Source of the DNA: an uncultured Bordetella sp.
GTDB taxonomy: Bacteria > Pseudomonadota > Gammaproteobacteria > Burkholderiales > SG8-39
Assembly: GCA_964564865.1 (NCBI GenBank)
Contig: CAZMDA010000010.1
Span: 10,360 to 74,359, forward strand
Reading direction: 5' to 3'
Length of the DNA: 64,000 bases
A program made the translations under genes and the position numbers. The first letter of the stretch is position 1, and every line of letters begins with the position of its first letter. The notes under the pieces are model-generated. The model saw nothing but the letters and a program-made list of their open reading frames with translations, was not told where the DNA came from and searched no databases. This document shows, one piece after another, positions 37,598-47,820 of this stretch.

Positions 37598-39111
37598 TCA
37601 GGAGCGTGGCGAACGCCGCGCGCATGCTGCGGATCCTGCAGGTGGTGCTGCGCTTCCGGCTCCACCGGCTGCTGCCCGGGTACGCGGTGCCGGGCGATTC
37701 CGGCCGCGCCGAGCGGCTGCGCCTGGCCCTCGAGGCGCTGGGGCCGATCTTCGTCAAGTTCGGCCAGATCCTGTCCACGCGCCGCGACCTGCTGCCGGCG
37801 GACATCGCCGACGAGCTGGCGAAGCTGCAGGACCGGGTGCCGCCGTTCGACTCCGCGCTCGCGGTCGCCGAGGTCGAGGCCGCGCTCGGCAAGCCGGTTG
37901 CCGAGGCCTTCGGCAGCTTCGAGCGCGAGCCGGTGGCGAGCGCCTCGGTGGCCCAGGTCCATTTCGCCACGCTGAAGGACGGCGCCGAGGTCGCGGTGAA
38001 GGTGCTGCGGCCGGGCGTGGAGCGCGCGATCGAGAAGGACGTGAAGCTGCTGCGCACCGCCGCCGCGCTGCTCGAGCGCGCCTGGGCCGACGCCCGGCGA
38101 CTGCGGCCGCGCGAGGTGGTGGAGGAGTTCGCCCGCCACCTGGACGAGGAGATGGACCTGCTGCGCGAGGCCGCCAACGCCTCGCAGCTGCGGCGCAATT
38201 TCGAGGCCTCGCCGCTGCTCGCGGTGCCGGCGATCCACTGGGACCTGTGCTCGCAGCGCGTGATGGTGATGCAGCGCATGCACGGCACGCCGATCTCGCA
38301 GGTGGAGGCGCTGCGCGCGAAGGGCGTGGACATCCCGCGCCTGGCGCGCGCCGGGGTGGAGATCTTCTTCTCCCAGGTGTTCCGCGACGGCTTCTTCCAC
38401 GCCGACATGCACCCGGGCAACATCCTGGTGGCCACCGAGGGGGCGGACGCCGGCAAGTACATCGCGCTGGATTTCGGCATCGTGGGCACGCTCACCGAGA
38501 CCGACAAGAACTACCTGGCGCAGAACTTCATCGCCTTCTTCAACCGCGACTACCGGCGCGTGGCGCAGGCGCACCTGGACGCGGGCTGGGTCCCGGCGGG
38601 CACGCGGGTGGACGCCTTCGAGTCGGCGATCCGCGCGGTGTGCGAGCCGATCTTCGCCCGGCCGCTGAAGGAGATCTACTTCGGCCGGCTGCTGCTGCGC
38701 CTGTTCCAGACCTCCCGGCGCTTCGACGTCCGGATCCAGCCGCAGCTGGTGATGCTGCAGAAGACGCTGCTCAACATCGAGGGCCTGGGCCGGGAGCTCG
38801 ACCCGGACCTGGACCTGTGGCAGACGGCGAAGCCCTACCTGGAGCGCTGGATGAGCGAGCAGGTCGGCTGGCGCGGCCTGGCGCGGACCATCCGGCGCGA
38901 GGCGCCCTACTGGGCGCAGACCCTGCCGCAGCTCCCCCGGCTGGTGCACCGGCTGCTGGAGGAGGACCGGCTCGGCAGCCTGCGCGACGCCCTGGACGCG
39001 CTGGCCGCCGCCGGGCGGCGCCGGAACCGCCTGCTCGCGGTCCTGCTGGCCGTGCTGGCGGGGGCACTTGCAGCCGCGCTGGCCTTGATTATCATTGCGC
39101 CGCCATGCTGA
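37594..39111 (+). CDS. ubiB: ubiquinone biosynthesis regulatory protein kinase UbiB
   Basis: ABC1/UbiB motifs ([42 protein letters not shown]) and C-terminal TM helices. The GTG start overlaps the ubiJ stop. Confidence 0.95.
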   Translation: MIRSVANAARMLRILQVVLRFRLHRLLPGYAVPGDSGRAERLRLALEALGPIFVKFGQILSTRRDLLPADIADELAKLQDRVPPFDSALAVAEVEAALGKPVAEAFGSFEREPVASASVAQVHFATLKDGAEVAVKVLRPGVERAIEKDVKLLRTAAALLERAWADARRLRPREVVEEFARHLDEEMDLLREAANASQLRRNFEASPLLAVPAIHWDLCSQRVMVMQRMHGTPISQVEALRAKGVDIPRLARAGVEIFFSQVFRDGFFHADMHPGNILVATEGADAGKYIALDFGIVGTLTETDKNYLAQNFIAFFNRDYRRVAQAHLDAGWVPAGTRVDAFESAIRAVCEPIFARPLKEIYFGRLLLRLFQTSRRFDVRIQPQLVMLQKTLLNIEGLGRELDPDLDLWQTAKPYLERWMSEQVGWRGLARTIRREAPYWAQTLPQLPRLVHRLLEEDRLGSLRDALDALAAAGRRRNRLLAVLLAVLAGALAAALALIIIAPPC

Positions 39112-40541
39112 TCACCTTCGTCCTGCTCTATCTCGCCGTCACCATCGCCATCGGCCTGTGGGCGGCCCTGCGCGTGCGCAACTCGAAGGACTACCTGCTC
39201 GCCGGGCGCAGCCTGCCGCTGCACATGACCACGGCGACCGTGTTCGCGACCTGGTTCGGCGCCGAGACGGTGCTGTCGGTGTCGGCGACCTTCACCAAGG
39301 ACGGGCTGGGGGGCATCGTCGCCGATCCCTTCGGCGCTTCGTTCTGCCTCATCTTCGTGGCGCTGTTCTTCGCGCGCGCCTTCTACCGCATGGACCTGCT
39401 CACCATCGGCGACTTCTACCGCAAGCGCTACAGCAAGACGGTCGAGGTCGCCACCAGCGTCGCCATCACCACCTCGTACCTCGGCTGGACCTCGGCGCAG
39501 CTGACCGCGCTGGGACTGGTGTTCTCGGTTCTCTCGGGCGGCGCCATCGACCTGTCCACCGGCATCATCATCGGCGGCGCCATCGTGCTCGGCTACACCA
39601 TCTGGGGCGGCATGTGGTCGGTGGCGATGACCGATCTCTTCCAGTCGATCGTGATCCTGGTCGGGCTGTGCGCCATCGCCTGGCTGGTGAGCGACATGGC
39701 CGGCGGCACGGGCAAGGTGATCGCGGCCGCGGCCGAGGCCGGCAAGTTCGAGTTCTGGCCCAAGGGCGGCACCAAGGAGTGGCTCGCCTTTGCCGCCGCC
39801 TGGATGACGCTCGCCATCGGCTCCATCCCGCAGCAGGACGTGTTCCAGCGCGTCACCTCGGCGAAGGACGAGAAGACCGCGGTGCGGGCGACGCTCGCCG
39901 GCGCGGCGATCTACTTCTGCTTCGCTTTCGTGCCGATCTTCATCGCCTACTCGGCGCTGGTGATCGACCCGGGCATGGGCAAGCTGTTCGACGCCGAGGA
40001 CGGGCGCGAGATCCAGCGCATCCTGCCCGACCTGATCCTGGAGCGCACGCCGCTGTGGGCGCAGGTGCTGTTCTTCGGCGCGCTCCTCTCGGCGATCATG
40101 TCCACCGCGTCCGGCGCCCTGATCGCGCCCACCGCGCTCGCCACGGAGAACATCGTGCGGCCGTTCTTCCGCAACATGAGTGACCGGCAGTTCCTGCTGC
40201 TGCTGCGGGTGGTGCTGGTCACCTTCACGCTCGGCGCCCTGCTGTTCGCACTCAACTCGCGCAGCACCATGTACGAGATGGTGCAGAACGCCTACAAGGT
40301 GACCCTGGTGTCCTGCGTCGCGCCGCTGGTCGCCGGCATCTTCTGGAAGCGCGCCAACAACGTCGGCGCCACGCTGGCGGTCGCGTTCGGCCTGGGCAGC
40401 TGGATCGCCGCCGAGGTGCTGGCGGCCGAGGCGACGGTGCCGCCGCAGCTGGTCGGGCTCGCGTTCTCGATCTTCGGCATGGTCATGGGCTCCTACCTGC
40501 CCGCGGCGCGGGCCGCCGCCCGTCCTTCGCACAAGCCCTAG
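39105..40541 (+). CDS. sodium:solute symporter (SSS) family transporter
   Basis: Multi-TM protein with an SSS-like N-terminus ([10 protein letters not shown]...[10 protein letters not shown]). ATG at 39105 in the frame of track ORF 37416..40541. Confidence 0.85.
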   Translation: MLITFVLLYLAVTIAIGLWAALRVRNSKDYLLAGRSLPLHMTTATVFATWFGAETVLSVSATFTKDGLGGIVADPFGASFCLIFVALFFARAFYRMDLLTIGDFYRKRYSKTVEVATSVAITTSYLGWTSAQLTALGLVFSVLSGGAIDLSTGIIIGGAIVLGYTIWGGMWSVAMTDLFQSIVILVGLCAIAWLVSDMAGGTGKVIAAAAEAGKFEFWPKGGTKEWLAFAAAWMTLAIGSIPQQDVFQRVTSAKDEKTAVRATLAGAAIYFCFAFVPIFIAYSALVIDPGMGKLFDAEDGREIQRILPDLILERTPLWAQVLFFGALLSAIMSTASGALIAPTALATENIVRPFFRNMSDRQFLLLLRVVLVTFTLGALLFALNSRSTMYEMVQNAYKVTLVSCVAPLVAGIFWKRANNVGATLAVAFGLGSWIAAEVLAAEATVPPQLVGLAFSIFGMVMGSYLPAARAAARPSHKP

Positions 40542-40542
40542 C

Positions 40543-41613
40543 TTGCGCGAGTCCTCGCTCGCCCGCTTCCTCCTCCTCGCCACCGTCCTGCTCGTCGCCT
40601 ACGCGACGCTGCATCCGCTGTCGGGCTGGCGCGACCCGGGCGCGACGCCGTTCGCGTTCCTCGCCGCGCCCTGGCCGCGCTACCTCACCGGCTTCGACCT
40701 CGCCGCCAACTTCGCCGGCTACGTGCCGTATGGCTTCCTGTTCGTCCTCGCCGTGCGGCCGGGCTGGCCGGCGGCGACGGCGGTTGCGTTCGCGCTCGCC
40801 TCGGGCGGCGCGCTGTCGCTGGCGCTGGAGGCGGCGCAGAGCTTCCTGCCGGCCCGCATCCCGTCGCAGGCCGATGTGCTCGCCAACGTCGCCGGCGTGG
40901 CCGCCGGGGCGCTCGCCGGAGCGGTCGCGGCGCCGCGCCTGCTGGGCGGCGGGGCCCTGCGTCGCGCGCGAATCGCGGTGCTGGAGTCCGGCACCTGGGC
41001 CAACCTCGGCCTGACGCTGCTCGGGCTGTGGCTGTTCGCGCAGCTGAACCCGGCCACGCTGCTGTTCGGCGCCGGGGACCTGCGCGACCTCGTTGCCGCG
41101 CCGGCGGGCGAGCGCCATGGCGCCGGGTTCTTCATCGCCGTGGAGTGCGCCGTCGCCACGGCGAACCTGCTCGCGGTGACGCTGCTCGGCTCGGCGCTGG
41201 CGCGCCCCGGGGCGCCGCTGCGCGCGCTGCTGGCCGGACTGCTCGCGGCCGCCCTGGCGGTGCGCACCCTGGCGTTCGCGGTGCTGATGCAGGCGGAACA
41301 CGCGCTGGTCTGGCTCACCCCGGGCGCGCAGCTGGGCCTCGTCTGCGGTGCCGGGCTGGCGCTGGCGGCGCTCGCGCTGCCGCGCGGCGCGCGCCTGGCG
41401 CTGGCGGCGATGCTGCTCATGGCGGCCACGGTGCTGGTCAACCTGGCGCCGCCGAACCCCTACCTCGCGGCGACGCTGAAGGTCTGGGAGCAGGGCCATT
41501 TCCTCAACTTCAACGGCCTGACGCGGCTGGTGTCCGCGCTGTGGCCGTTCATCGCCATGGGCTACCTGGTGCTGCTCGCCGCGCGCCGCGGGCGCGAGGG
41601 GCCGCTCGGGTAG
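40543..41613 (+). CDS. VanZ-like membrane protein
   Basis: N-terminal VanZ-like helices (ATLHPLSGW...DLAANFAGYVPYGFL) plus additional TM helices. TTG start, so the start is uncertain. Confidence 0.6.
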   Translation: MRESSLARFLLLATVLLVAYATLHPLSGWRDPGATPFAFLAAPWPRYLTGFDLAANFAGYVPYGFLFVLAVRPGWPAATAVAFALASGGALSLALEAAQSFLPARIPSQADVLANVAGVAAGALAGAVAAPRLLGGGALRRARIAVLESGTWANLGLTLLGLWLFAQLNPATLLFGAGDLRDLVAAPAGERHGAGFFIAVECAVATANLLAVTLLGSALARPGAPLRALLAGLLAAALAVRTLAFAVLMQAEHALVWLTPGAQLGLVCGAGLALAALALPRGARLALAAMLLMAATVLVNLAPPNPYLAATLKVWEQGHFLNFNGLTRLVSALWPFIAMGYLVLLAARRGREGPLG

Positions 41614-41625
41614 AATCCGGCCCCC

Positions 41626-41946
41626 ATGTCCCCCGATCCCTACTACCGGCGCCACATCTTCTTCTGCTGCAACCAGCGCGAGGGCAGCGACCGGCCCAGC
41701 TGCAACGGCAAGGGCGCCTCGGCGATGCGCGACTACGCCAAGCAGCGCGTGAAGGAACTGGAGCTCGCCGGCGAAGGCAAGGTGCGCGTCAACCAGTCCG
41801 GGTGCCTGGACCGCTGCGAGGAGGGGCCCTGCGCGGTGGTGTACCCGGAGGGCGTCTGGTACACCTACGTGGACCGCGCCGACATCGACGAGATCGTCGA
41901 GGAGCACCTGCAGCACGGCCGCATCGTCGAGCGGCTGCGCATCTGA
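41626..41946 (+). CDS. thioredoxin-like [2Fe-2S] ferredoxin-domain protein
   Basis: [10 protein letters not shown]...SCNGKG...[11 protein letters not shown] cysteine pattern. Confidence 0.8.
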   Translation: MSPDPYYRRHIFFCCNQREGSDRPSCNGKGASAMRDYAKQRVKELELAGEGKVRVNQSGCLDRCEEGPCAVVYPEGVWYTYVDRADIDEIVEEHLQHGRIVERLRI

Positions 41947-42542
41947 TGCCGGCGCCGTCCCGGCGCGAGTTCGTCGCCGGCGCCGCCGGCCGCATCGAGT
42001 GCGCGGTGGACACCCCCGAGGGCGGCGCGGCGCGCGGCATCGCGCTGGTCGCCCATCCGCATCCCCTCTTTGGCGGCACCCTGGACAACAAGGTGGCGCA
42101 GACCCTGGCGCGCGCCTTCGTCGAGCTGGGCTACGAGGCCTGGCGGCCCAACTTCCGCGGCGTGGGACAGAGCGAGGGCAGCCACGACGAGGGGCGCGGC
42201 GAACTGGAGGACCTGCTCGCGGTGCTCGAGCACGCGGGCGCGCGGCGGCCTGCGCTGGCGGGGTTCTCCTTCGGCGCCGCGCTCGTGGCGCAGGCCGCGC
42301 AACGCATCGAGGCCGAGCGGCTGGTGCTGGTCGGGCTGGCGGTGAACCGGCTGCCGGTGCCGAAGGTCGCGGCCGACACGCTCGTGATCCACGGCGAGGA
42401 GGACACCACGGTGCCGCTCGCCGACGTATTCGCCTGGGCGCGGCCGCAGGACCTGCCGGTGGTGGTGATTCCCGGCACCGACCATTTCTTCCATCGCCGG
42501 CTCGGCCTGCTGCGCGCGATCGTGAAAGGCAATTGGAAGTGA
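41946..42542 (+). CDS. alpha/beta hydrolase-fold protein
   Basis: [14 protein letters not shown]..., nucleophile-elbow-like GFSFGA, C-terminal HGEEDTTVP...DHFF. The ATG at 41946 overlaps the ferredoxin stop. Confidence 0.7.
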   Translation: MPAPSRREFVAGAAGRIECAVDTPEGGAARGIALVAHPHPLFGGTLDNKVAQTLARAFVELGYEAWRPNFRGVGQSEGSHDEGRGELEDLLAVLEHAGARRPALAGFSFGAALVAQAAQRIEAERLVLVGLAVNRLPVPKVAADTLVIHGEEDTTVPLADVFAWARPQDLPVVVIPGTDHFFHRRLGLLRAIVKGNWK

Positions 42543-43456
42543 GCGCGTTGCCGGCGTTGTCGGTCAAGGGCCTGCTCAAGCGCTTCGGCGAGGCCGAGGT
42601 GGTGTGCGGCGTGGACCTCGAGGTGGCGCCGGGCGAATGCTTCGGCCTGCTCGGCCCGAACGGCGCGGGCAAGACCACGACGCTCAACCTGTGCCTGGGC
42701 ATGACCGAGCCGGACGCCGGCGAGATCCGGCTGCTGGGCGAGCCGGTCCCGGCGCGCGCGCGCGAGGCGCGCGCCGCCGTGGGCGTGGTGCCGCAGTTCG
42801 ACAACCTCGACCCGGATTTCACCGTCGCCGAGAACCTGCTGGTCTACGGCCGCTACTTCGGCATGTCCGACCGCGACATCGCCCCGCGCATACCCGGGCT
42901 GCTCGAGTTCGCCGGCCTCGCCGGGCGCGCCGACGCCAGGATCCGCGCCCTCTCCGGCGGCATGAAGCGGCGCCTGACGCTGGCGCGCGCGCTGGTGAAC
43001 GAGCCCAGGCTGCTGTTCATGGACGAGCCCACCACGGGCCTCGATCCGCAGGCGCGGCACCTCATCTGGGAGCGGTTGCGGCGCCTCGCGCAGCAGGGCC
43101 GCACGCTGGTGCTCACCACCCACTTCATGGAGGAGGCCGAGCGCCTGTGCACGCGCGTGGCCATCATGGACAAGGGCCGAATCATCGTCGAGGGCCCGCC
43201 GCGCGCGCTCATCGCCCGGCACATCGAGCCCCAGGTGCTGGAAGTGCACGGCCCCGGCGTGGAGCAGTGGATGGAGCGGGCGCGGGCGCTGGCGCCGCGG
43301 GTGGAGCGCGCCGGCGAGACGGTGTTCTGCTACGCGCAGAACGTGGAGGCGGCGATCGCCAGCCTCGCCGACCAGCGGGAACTGGTCTACCTGCACCGGC
43401 CGGCGAACCTCGAGGACCTGTTCCTCAAGCTGACCGGCAGGGACCTGAGGGACTGA
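42539..43456 (+). CDS. ABC transporter ATP-binding protein (NodI-like)
   Basis: Walker [10 protein letters not shown], signature LSGGMKRR, Walker [13 protein letters not shown]. The GTG start overlaps the upstream stop (GTGA). Confidence 0.9.
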   Translation: MSALPALSVKGLLKRFGEAEVVCGVDLEVAPGECFGLLGPNGAGKTTTLNLCLGMTEPDAGEIRLLGEPVPARAREARAAVGVVPQFDNLDPDFTVAENLLVYGRYFGMSDRDIAPRIPGLLEFAGLAGRADARIRALSGGMKRRLTLARALVNEPRLLFMDEPTTGLDPQARHLIWERLRRLAQQGRTLVLTTHFMEEAERLCTRVAIMDKGRIIVEGPPRALIARHIEPQVLEVHGPGVEQWMERARALAPRVERAGETVFCYAQNVEAAIASLADQRELVYLHRPANLEDLFLKLTGRDLRD

Positions 43457-43463
43457 ATCCGCC

Positions 43464-44252
43464 ATGACGAGCGCCCGCCTCTACGCACTGCCCGGATTCA
43501 GCCTGCGCGCGATCGCGGTCTGGCGCCGTCACCTGCTGGTCTGGAGGAAGCTCGCGGTGCCCTCGATCCTGGGCAACCTCGCCGACCCGCTGCTGATGCT
43601 GTTCGGCCTGGGCTACGGCCTGGGCGCGGTGATCGGCAACGTCGACGGCACCAGCTACTTCGCCTTCCTCGCCGGGGGCTTCCTCGCCTCGTCCACCATG
43701 TACGCGGCGACGTTCGAGTCGCTGTACTCGGCGTTCTCGCGCATGCACGTGCAGCGCACCTGGGAGGCGATCGTGTACGCGCCCATGACGCTGGAGGACG
43801 TCCTCGCCGGCGAGTGGATCTGGGCGGCGACCAAGTCGCTGGCCGCCGGCCTTTGCATGCTCGCGGTGGTGACGGTTTTCGGCTACGCCTCCTGGCCGAT
43901 GGCGCTGGCCGCGGTCGGAGTGGTGGTCCTCATCGGCCTTGCCTTCGCCGCGCTCGGCCTTGCCATCAATGCCCTCGCCTCGGGCTATGATTTCTTCAGC
44001 TACTACATGACCCTGGTGCTGACGCCGATGATGATGCTCTCCGGGGTGTTCTTCCCGGTGGACAAGCTGCCCGACGCGGTGCAGGCCGCGAGCCAGGCGC
44101 TGCCTCTGTACCACGGCGTGGCGCTGGTGCGGCCCCTGCTCGCGGGCCAGGTGCCGGAGGGTGCGCTGCTGCATGTCGCGGTGCTTGCCGGCTACGCGCT
44201 GGCGGGCTTCTACGTCGCCACGGTGCTCACCCGCCGGCGACTGATGCGATAG
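43464..44252 (+). CDS. ABC-2 type transporter permease (NodJ-like)
   Basis: Six hydrophobic helices. Lies immediately downstream of the NodI-like ATPase. Confidence 0.85.
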   Translation: MTSARLYALPGFSLRAIAVWRRHLLVWRKLAVPSILGNLADPLLMLFGLGYGLGAVIGNVDGTSYFAFLAGGFLASSTMYAATFESLYSAFSRMHVQRTWEAIVYAPMTLEDVLAGEWIWAATKSLAAGLCMLAVVTVFGYASWPMALAAVGVVVLIGLAFAALGLAINALASGYDFFSYYMTLVLTPMMMLSGVFFPVDKLPDAVQAASQALPLYHGVALVRPLLAGQVPEGALLHVAVLAGYALAGFYVATVLTRRRLMR

Positions 44253-44267
44253 GACGGCGCGCAAGCG

Positions 44268-44684
44268 ATGCTCCTCGTCAAGTCCCTGCACATCTTCTTC
44301 GTGGTGAGCTGGTTCGCCGGCCTGTTCTACCTGCCGCGCCTGTTCGTCTACCACGCGCTGAGCACCGACGAGCTGTCGCTGGAGCGCTTCAAGGTGATGG
44401 AGCGCAAGCTCTACTGGGGGATCGCCACGCCCTCGGGCCTGCTTGCGCTCGCCACCGGGCTGTGGCTGTGGCTGGGCTGGTTCCCCGGCGCCGGCGGCTG
44501 GCTGCACGCCAAGCTGGCGCTGGTGGCGACCCTGGTCGCCTACCACTTGTGGTGCGGCAAGCTGATGCTCGAGTTCCGCGCCGGGCGCAACCGCCACGGC
44601 CACGTCTGGTACCGCTGGTTCAACGAATTTCCGGTGATCGTGCTGCTGGGCGCGATCCTGCTCGTCGTCTACAAGCCCTTCTGA
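44268..44684 (+). CDS. hemJ: protoporphyrinogen oxidase HemJ (UPF0093/CopD-like)
   Basis: KSLHIFFVVSWFAGLFYLPRLFVYH signature. Four TM helices, 138 aa. Confidence 0.85.
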   Translation: MLLVKSLHIFFVVSWFAGLFYLPRLFVYHALSTDELSLERFKVMERKLYWGIATPSGLLALATGLWLWLGWFPGAGGWLHAKLALVATLVAYHLWCGKLMLEFRAGRNRHGHVWYRWFNEFPVIVLLGAILLVVYKPF

Positions 44685-44723
44685 GGTCTCTATTGCCTGG
44701 GCTTACCAAATACGACGCACGAG

Positions 44724-45272
44724 CTAGGACTTTGATTCGCCTCTGTGGGATTCAGTATCCAAGCGTCGAATCTTGAATCTGCCAATTCCAAGAGCTTGGT
44801 AGTTCTTGAACCGAAGTAGCTCCGCCGCTTCCTTGCCGATGAACAGTTCAGCATCCGTTCGCGGATCTCGATGCTCTACTACCTCGGTTACGAAAAGATG
44901 AATCGTTGGTTTGAACTCGCTCCCTTCATTCGACACCACCACTATCTCGCCTTTCGCGAGATTGAGGCGATTACCTTTAAAGGTGATCACGTAGTTACGT
45001 TCAAGCCGGTTGTTGATTCCAACATTTACATCGATTCCGCCCTCAATCTTGCTAACTAAGTTTGCGTTGAGTCGATCTATCGTACGTTGTACAGATTCAA
45101 TCTGACTTCCTGCACGTTTGATTATTGGAACTACATCAATGGCAGCGTTTACCAGATACCAAATGCCTGCAACTAGAAATCCACCAAAGACAGTGACGAA
45201 CCATACGTTGTTGACGAGTTTCTTCACCGTTCTACCCAATCCCGCTCGTTTTGTTTCTGGGCTCGTCGCCAT
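44724..45272 (-). CDS. hypothetical small membrane-anchored protein (islet gene 2)
   Basis: 182 aa. Basic N-terminus, one TM helix (FVTVFGGFLVAGIWYLVNAAI), a short coiled segment and a beta-rich C-terminal domain with no family I recognise. Lies 21 nt downstream of the ATPase gene on the same strand. Confidence 0.7.
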   Translation of the reverse strand: MATSPETKRAGLGRTVKKLVNNVWFVTVFGGFLVAGIWYLVNAAIDVVPIIKRAGSQIESVQRTIDRLNANLVSKIEGGIDVNVGINNRLERNYVITFKGNRLNLAKGEIVVVSNEGSEFKPTIHLFVTEVVEHRDPRTDAELFIGKEAAELLRFKNYQALGIGRFKIRRLDTESHRGESKS

Positions 45273-45293
45273 ACGCGTTTCTTTTCTTCTGGA

Positions 45294-46544
45294 TCAGGTA
45301 GTTGGTTTCTCACGCTTGCCGAAATTCAGTGCTCGTTGCGGCATTTGTCGGCGAATAAATCGACCGAGCAGAGGCACAGCGAAGGAGTACTTTCCATGGC
45401 GATTTTTGTATATGAGACCAGCGTCACACAGTACAGACAACATTTGACTAACGTGGCTACTGCTGAATGGTTTCGGAGAGCTCTTGGATTGCTCAACTAC
45501 CTCTTGAACTGTGAACTCATTCTCCGAAGTCTCCAGTTGCGCGATCACCCCCATTAACTCGCGTTGTCTATCTGTAGATCGTGCCCATCTACCGGAGAAA
45601 AAATCCGCGTCGAGCTTACGGACGATCTCATTCACTGGGACAGAGTGCTTCTCGCCCCGGGAGTCTTGCTGAATGAATATGTCGTAGACCTCTCTACAGA
45701 TAAACTGGATAAAGTAAGGGTATCCGGCAGAGATATCCACGATTGTGTCTACGGACTCACTGGTAAATGTAACTGGACAACCTGTGGCTTTGATTGGAAC
45801 CAGCATAGCGTCACGACTGGATTGTTGGTCTAGCCTATCTAGAAACACAACGTGGAACATTCGCTCTGAAAACGTTCTTGCTTCAACCAGCTTTGGGAAC
45901 AGTGTCGGGAGGCCAGTCAGTACAAGAGTGAACCGAATGCCCTTTCGTTGAAGCGACTGAAACACGTCAAGGAGCAACGACAACGGATACTGGTCCTTCT
46001 CCGCATGATCAGTGAGATTCTGTGCTTCGTCGTAGGCGAAGATGATTCCTCTCGGACCTTGGTCAATAGATGTAATGCGCTCCCACACAAGTTCCAATAC
46101 GCGCTTTAATTTATCGCTGACTAGCCCTGGTGTTTGATCGTAGACTCCTGCAAGAGTGTCAAAAGAAAGTCGTTCTTCAAACAAATCTGTTTGGGAAAGA
46201 AAGCCGGGTTTGCTTGTTCGCCAAGACCTATTTATGAGCGATGAGGTGACTACGGAAATGTCGGTAAGCAACCTCGTTGCGAGATTCTGTTCGCTTAGGC
46301 TGGATGTTTCGGATAGATCAGTTCCTACCCAAAGCCACTTCTCTCTGCCCGCAATTGGACGAAGCGATTCAAGAAGTACGGTTTTTCCAACTCCACGCAA
46401 ACCTGTAAGGACCATGTTTTGAAGAATCACTTCTTGGTCCAGCAGTTGCTCGAACTCCTTTATTTCTTTGTCACGTCCAGCGAGATAGGGCGGCATATGG
46501 CCTGCGCCTGGACGAAAAGGGTTTGCGAAAGTCTTCTTGGACAT
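45294..46544 (-). CDS. ORC/Cdc6- or Arch_ATPase/STAND-like P-loop ATPase with C-terminal winged-helix-like domain (islet gene 1)
   Basis: NPFRPGAGHMPPYLAGRDKEI lead-in. Walker A GLRGVGKT, Walker B IIFAYDEAQ. AGYPYFIQFI sensor-2-like helix. wHTH-like tail (VSQMLSVLCDAGLIYKNRHGKYSFAVPLL). Confidence 0.8.
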   Translation of the reverse strand: MSKKTFANPFRPGAGHMPPYLAGRDKEIKEFEQLLDQEVILQNMVLTGLRGVGKTVLLESLRPIAGREKWLWVGTDLSETSSLSEQNLATRLLTDISVVTSSLINRSWRTSKPGFLSQTDLFEERLSFDTLAGVYDQTPGLVSDKLKRVLELVWERITSIDQGPRGIIFAYDEAQNLTDHAEKDQYPLSLLLDVFQSLQRKGIRFTLVLTGLPTLFPKLVEARTFSERMFHVVFLDRLDQQSSRDAMLVPIKATGCPVTFTSESVDTIVDISAGYPYFIQFICREVYDIFIQQDSRGEKHSVPVNEIVRKLDADFFSGRWARSTDRQRELMGVIAQLETSENEFTVQEVVEQSKSSPKPFSSSHVSQMLSVLCDAGLIYKNRHGKYSFAVPLLGRFIRRQMPQRALNFGKREKPTT

Positions 46545-46682
46545 ATGCAGGCGCAGTGAATGAATTACATAAATTTACTGGAGTGGCTAATTGTAGTGCA
46601 CGATGTTGTTACTAGTCAACACTTAGAGGGCAACTAGGTAAATGATGCTTAATTGTTGTAAATCAGTAATTTAGGCACAGCC

Positions 46683-47819
46683 ATGAATGAGCTGTTCTTT
46701 GCTCCATGCCCTCGTGGCCTTGAGTCATTACTACGTGACGAGATTGATGCCCTTGGAGCGCAGAACTCATCTGTTACGAATGGTGGCGTTGCCTTCGCTG
46801 GATCGTGGGAAACCTGCTATCGGGTCAACCTGTGGTCGCGTCTTGCCTCCCGGGTGCTGTGGCGCGTCGCCGGGTTCGCCTACAAGACCGAAGAAGACGT
46901 CTACAAGGCCGCCAGGGCAGTGGATTGGCCGCGCCTGTTCCCGGTCCGCAACAGCCTGCGCGTAAATATTTCGGCGCAGAAGAGCCCGCTGAAGAGCCTG
47001 GATTTCGCCACCCTGCGCATCAAGGACGCCGTCTGCGACCGCTTCCGTGAAGTGCTCGGCAAGCGGCCGGACGTGGACCGCGCCAGCCCGGACACCCGGG
47101 TGCACGCCTTCCTGGAGGCCGATCGCGGCGCGCTGTACCTGGACACCTCCGGCGAGCCGCTGTTCAAGCGCGGCTGGCGCAGCCAGGCCGGGGAGGCGCC
47201 GCTGCGCGAGAACCTGGCCGCCGGGATCGTGATGCTGTCGGGGTGGAAGCCCGACGAGCCGCTGCTGGACCCGATGTGCGGCGGCGGGACCCTGCTGGTG
47301 GAGGCGGCGGCGATGGCCCGCGGCCGCGCACCGGGCGCGCGCCGCCGCTTCGGCTTCGAGAAACTGTCGAACTACGACGCCGGCCTGTGGGAGCGGGTGC
47401 GCAGCGCGCCCGGCGCGGGCGAGCCGCGCAACCCGGTGCTGTACGGCAGCGATTCGGACGAGAAGGCGATCGCGATGACGCGGCGCAACCTCGCCGAGGC
47501 CGGCGTCGAGCGCTGGGTGAAGCTGGAACGCGCGGACGTCCTGCAGCGCGCCGCGCCCGCGCCCGCGGGCGTGCTGATCGCGAACCCGCCCTACGGCGAG
47601 CGCATCGGCTCGCGGGAGGAACTGGAGGCGTTCTACCCGAAACTGGGCGATGCGCTGAAGCGCAATTTCGCCGGCTGGCGGGCGCACCTGTTCACCGCCG
47701 ACCTGAGGCTGCCCAAGCTGATCCGCCTGCAGCCGTCGCGGCGGGTGCCGCTCTACAACGGCGCGCTGGAATGCCGGCTGTACGAGTTCCGGATCGTCGC
47801 CGGGTCGAATCGCGGCTGA
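46683..47819 (+). CDS. THUMP-domain class I SAM-dependent RNA methyltransferase (RlmL N-terminal-like / UPF0020)
   Basis: THUMP-like N-terminal half, DPMCGGGTLLVEAA SAM motif, NPPYGER catalytic motif. Confidence 0.85.
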   Translation: MNELFFAPCPRGLESLLRDEIDALGAQNSSVTNGGVAFAGSWETCYRVNLWSRLASRVLWRVAGFAYKTEEDVYKAARAVDWPRLFPVRNSLRVNISAQKSPLKSLDFATLRIKDAVCDRFREVLGKRPDVDRASPDTRVHAFLEADRGALYLDTSGEPLFKRGWRSQAGEAPLRENLAAGIVMLSGWKPDEPLLDPMCGGGTLLVEAAAMARGRAPGARRRFGFEKLSNYDAGLWERVRSAPGAGEPRNPVLYGSDSDEKAIAMTRRNLAEAGVERWVKLERADVLQRAAPAPAGVLIANPPYGERIGSREELEAFYPKLGDALKRNFAGWRAHLFTADLRLPKLIRLQPSRRVPLYNGALECRLYEFRIVAGSNRG

Positions 47820-47820
47820 G

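Larger units (their letters stand above)
44685..46850. other. AT-rich compositional islet (two foreign-looking genes, extending into the first ~50 codons of the next gene)
   Basis: Hand counts of 60-nt lines: 26/60 GC at 45061-45120 versus 42-47/60 in flanking core DNA. No mobility genes or flanking repeats seen. Confidence 0.8.

Noticed and set aside
44871-46422. Several 60-110-aa plus-strand ORFs inside the AT-rich islet (44871..45059, 45118..45447, 45336..45557, 45564..45833, 45745..45951, 46156..46422).
   Set aside because: All are antisense to the two long, motif-bearing minus-strand genes and show no motifs or RBS. They are most likely non-coding.
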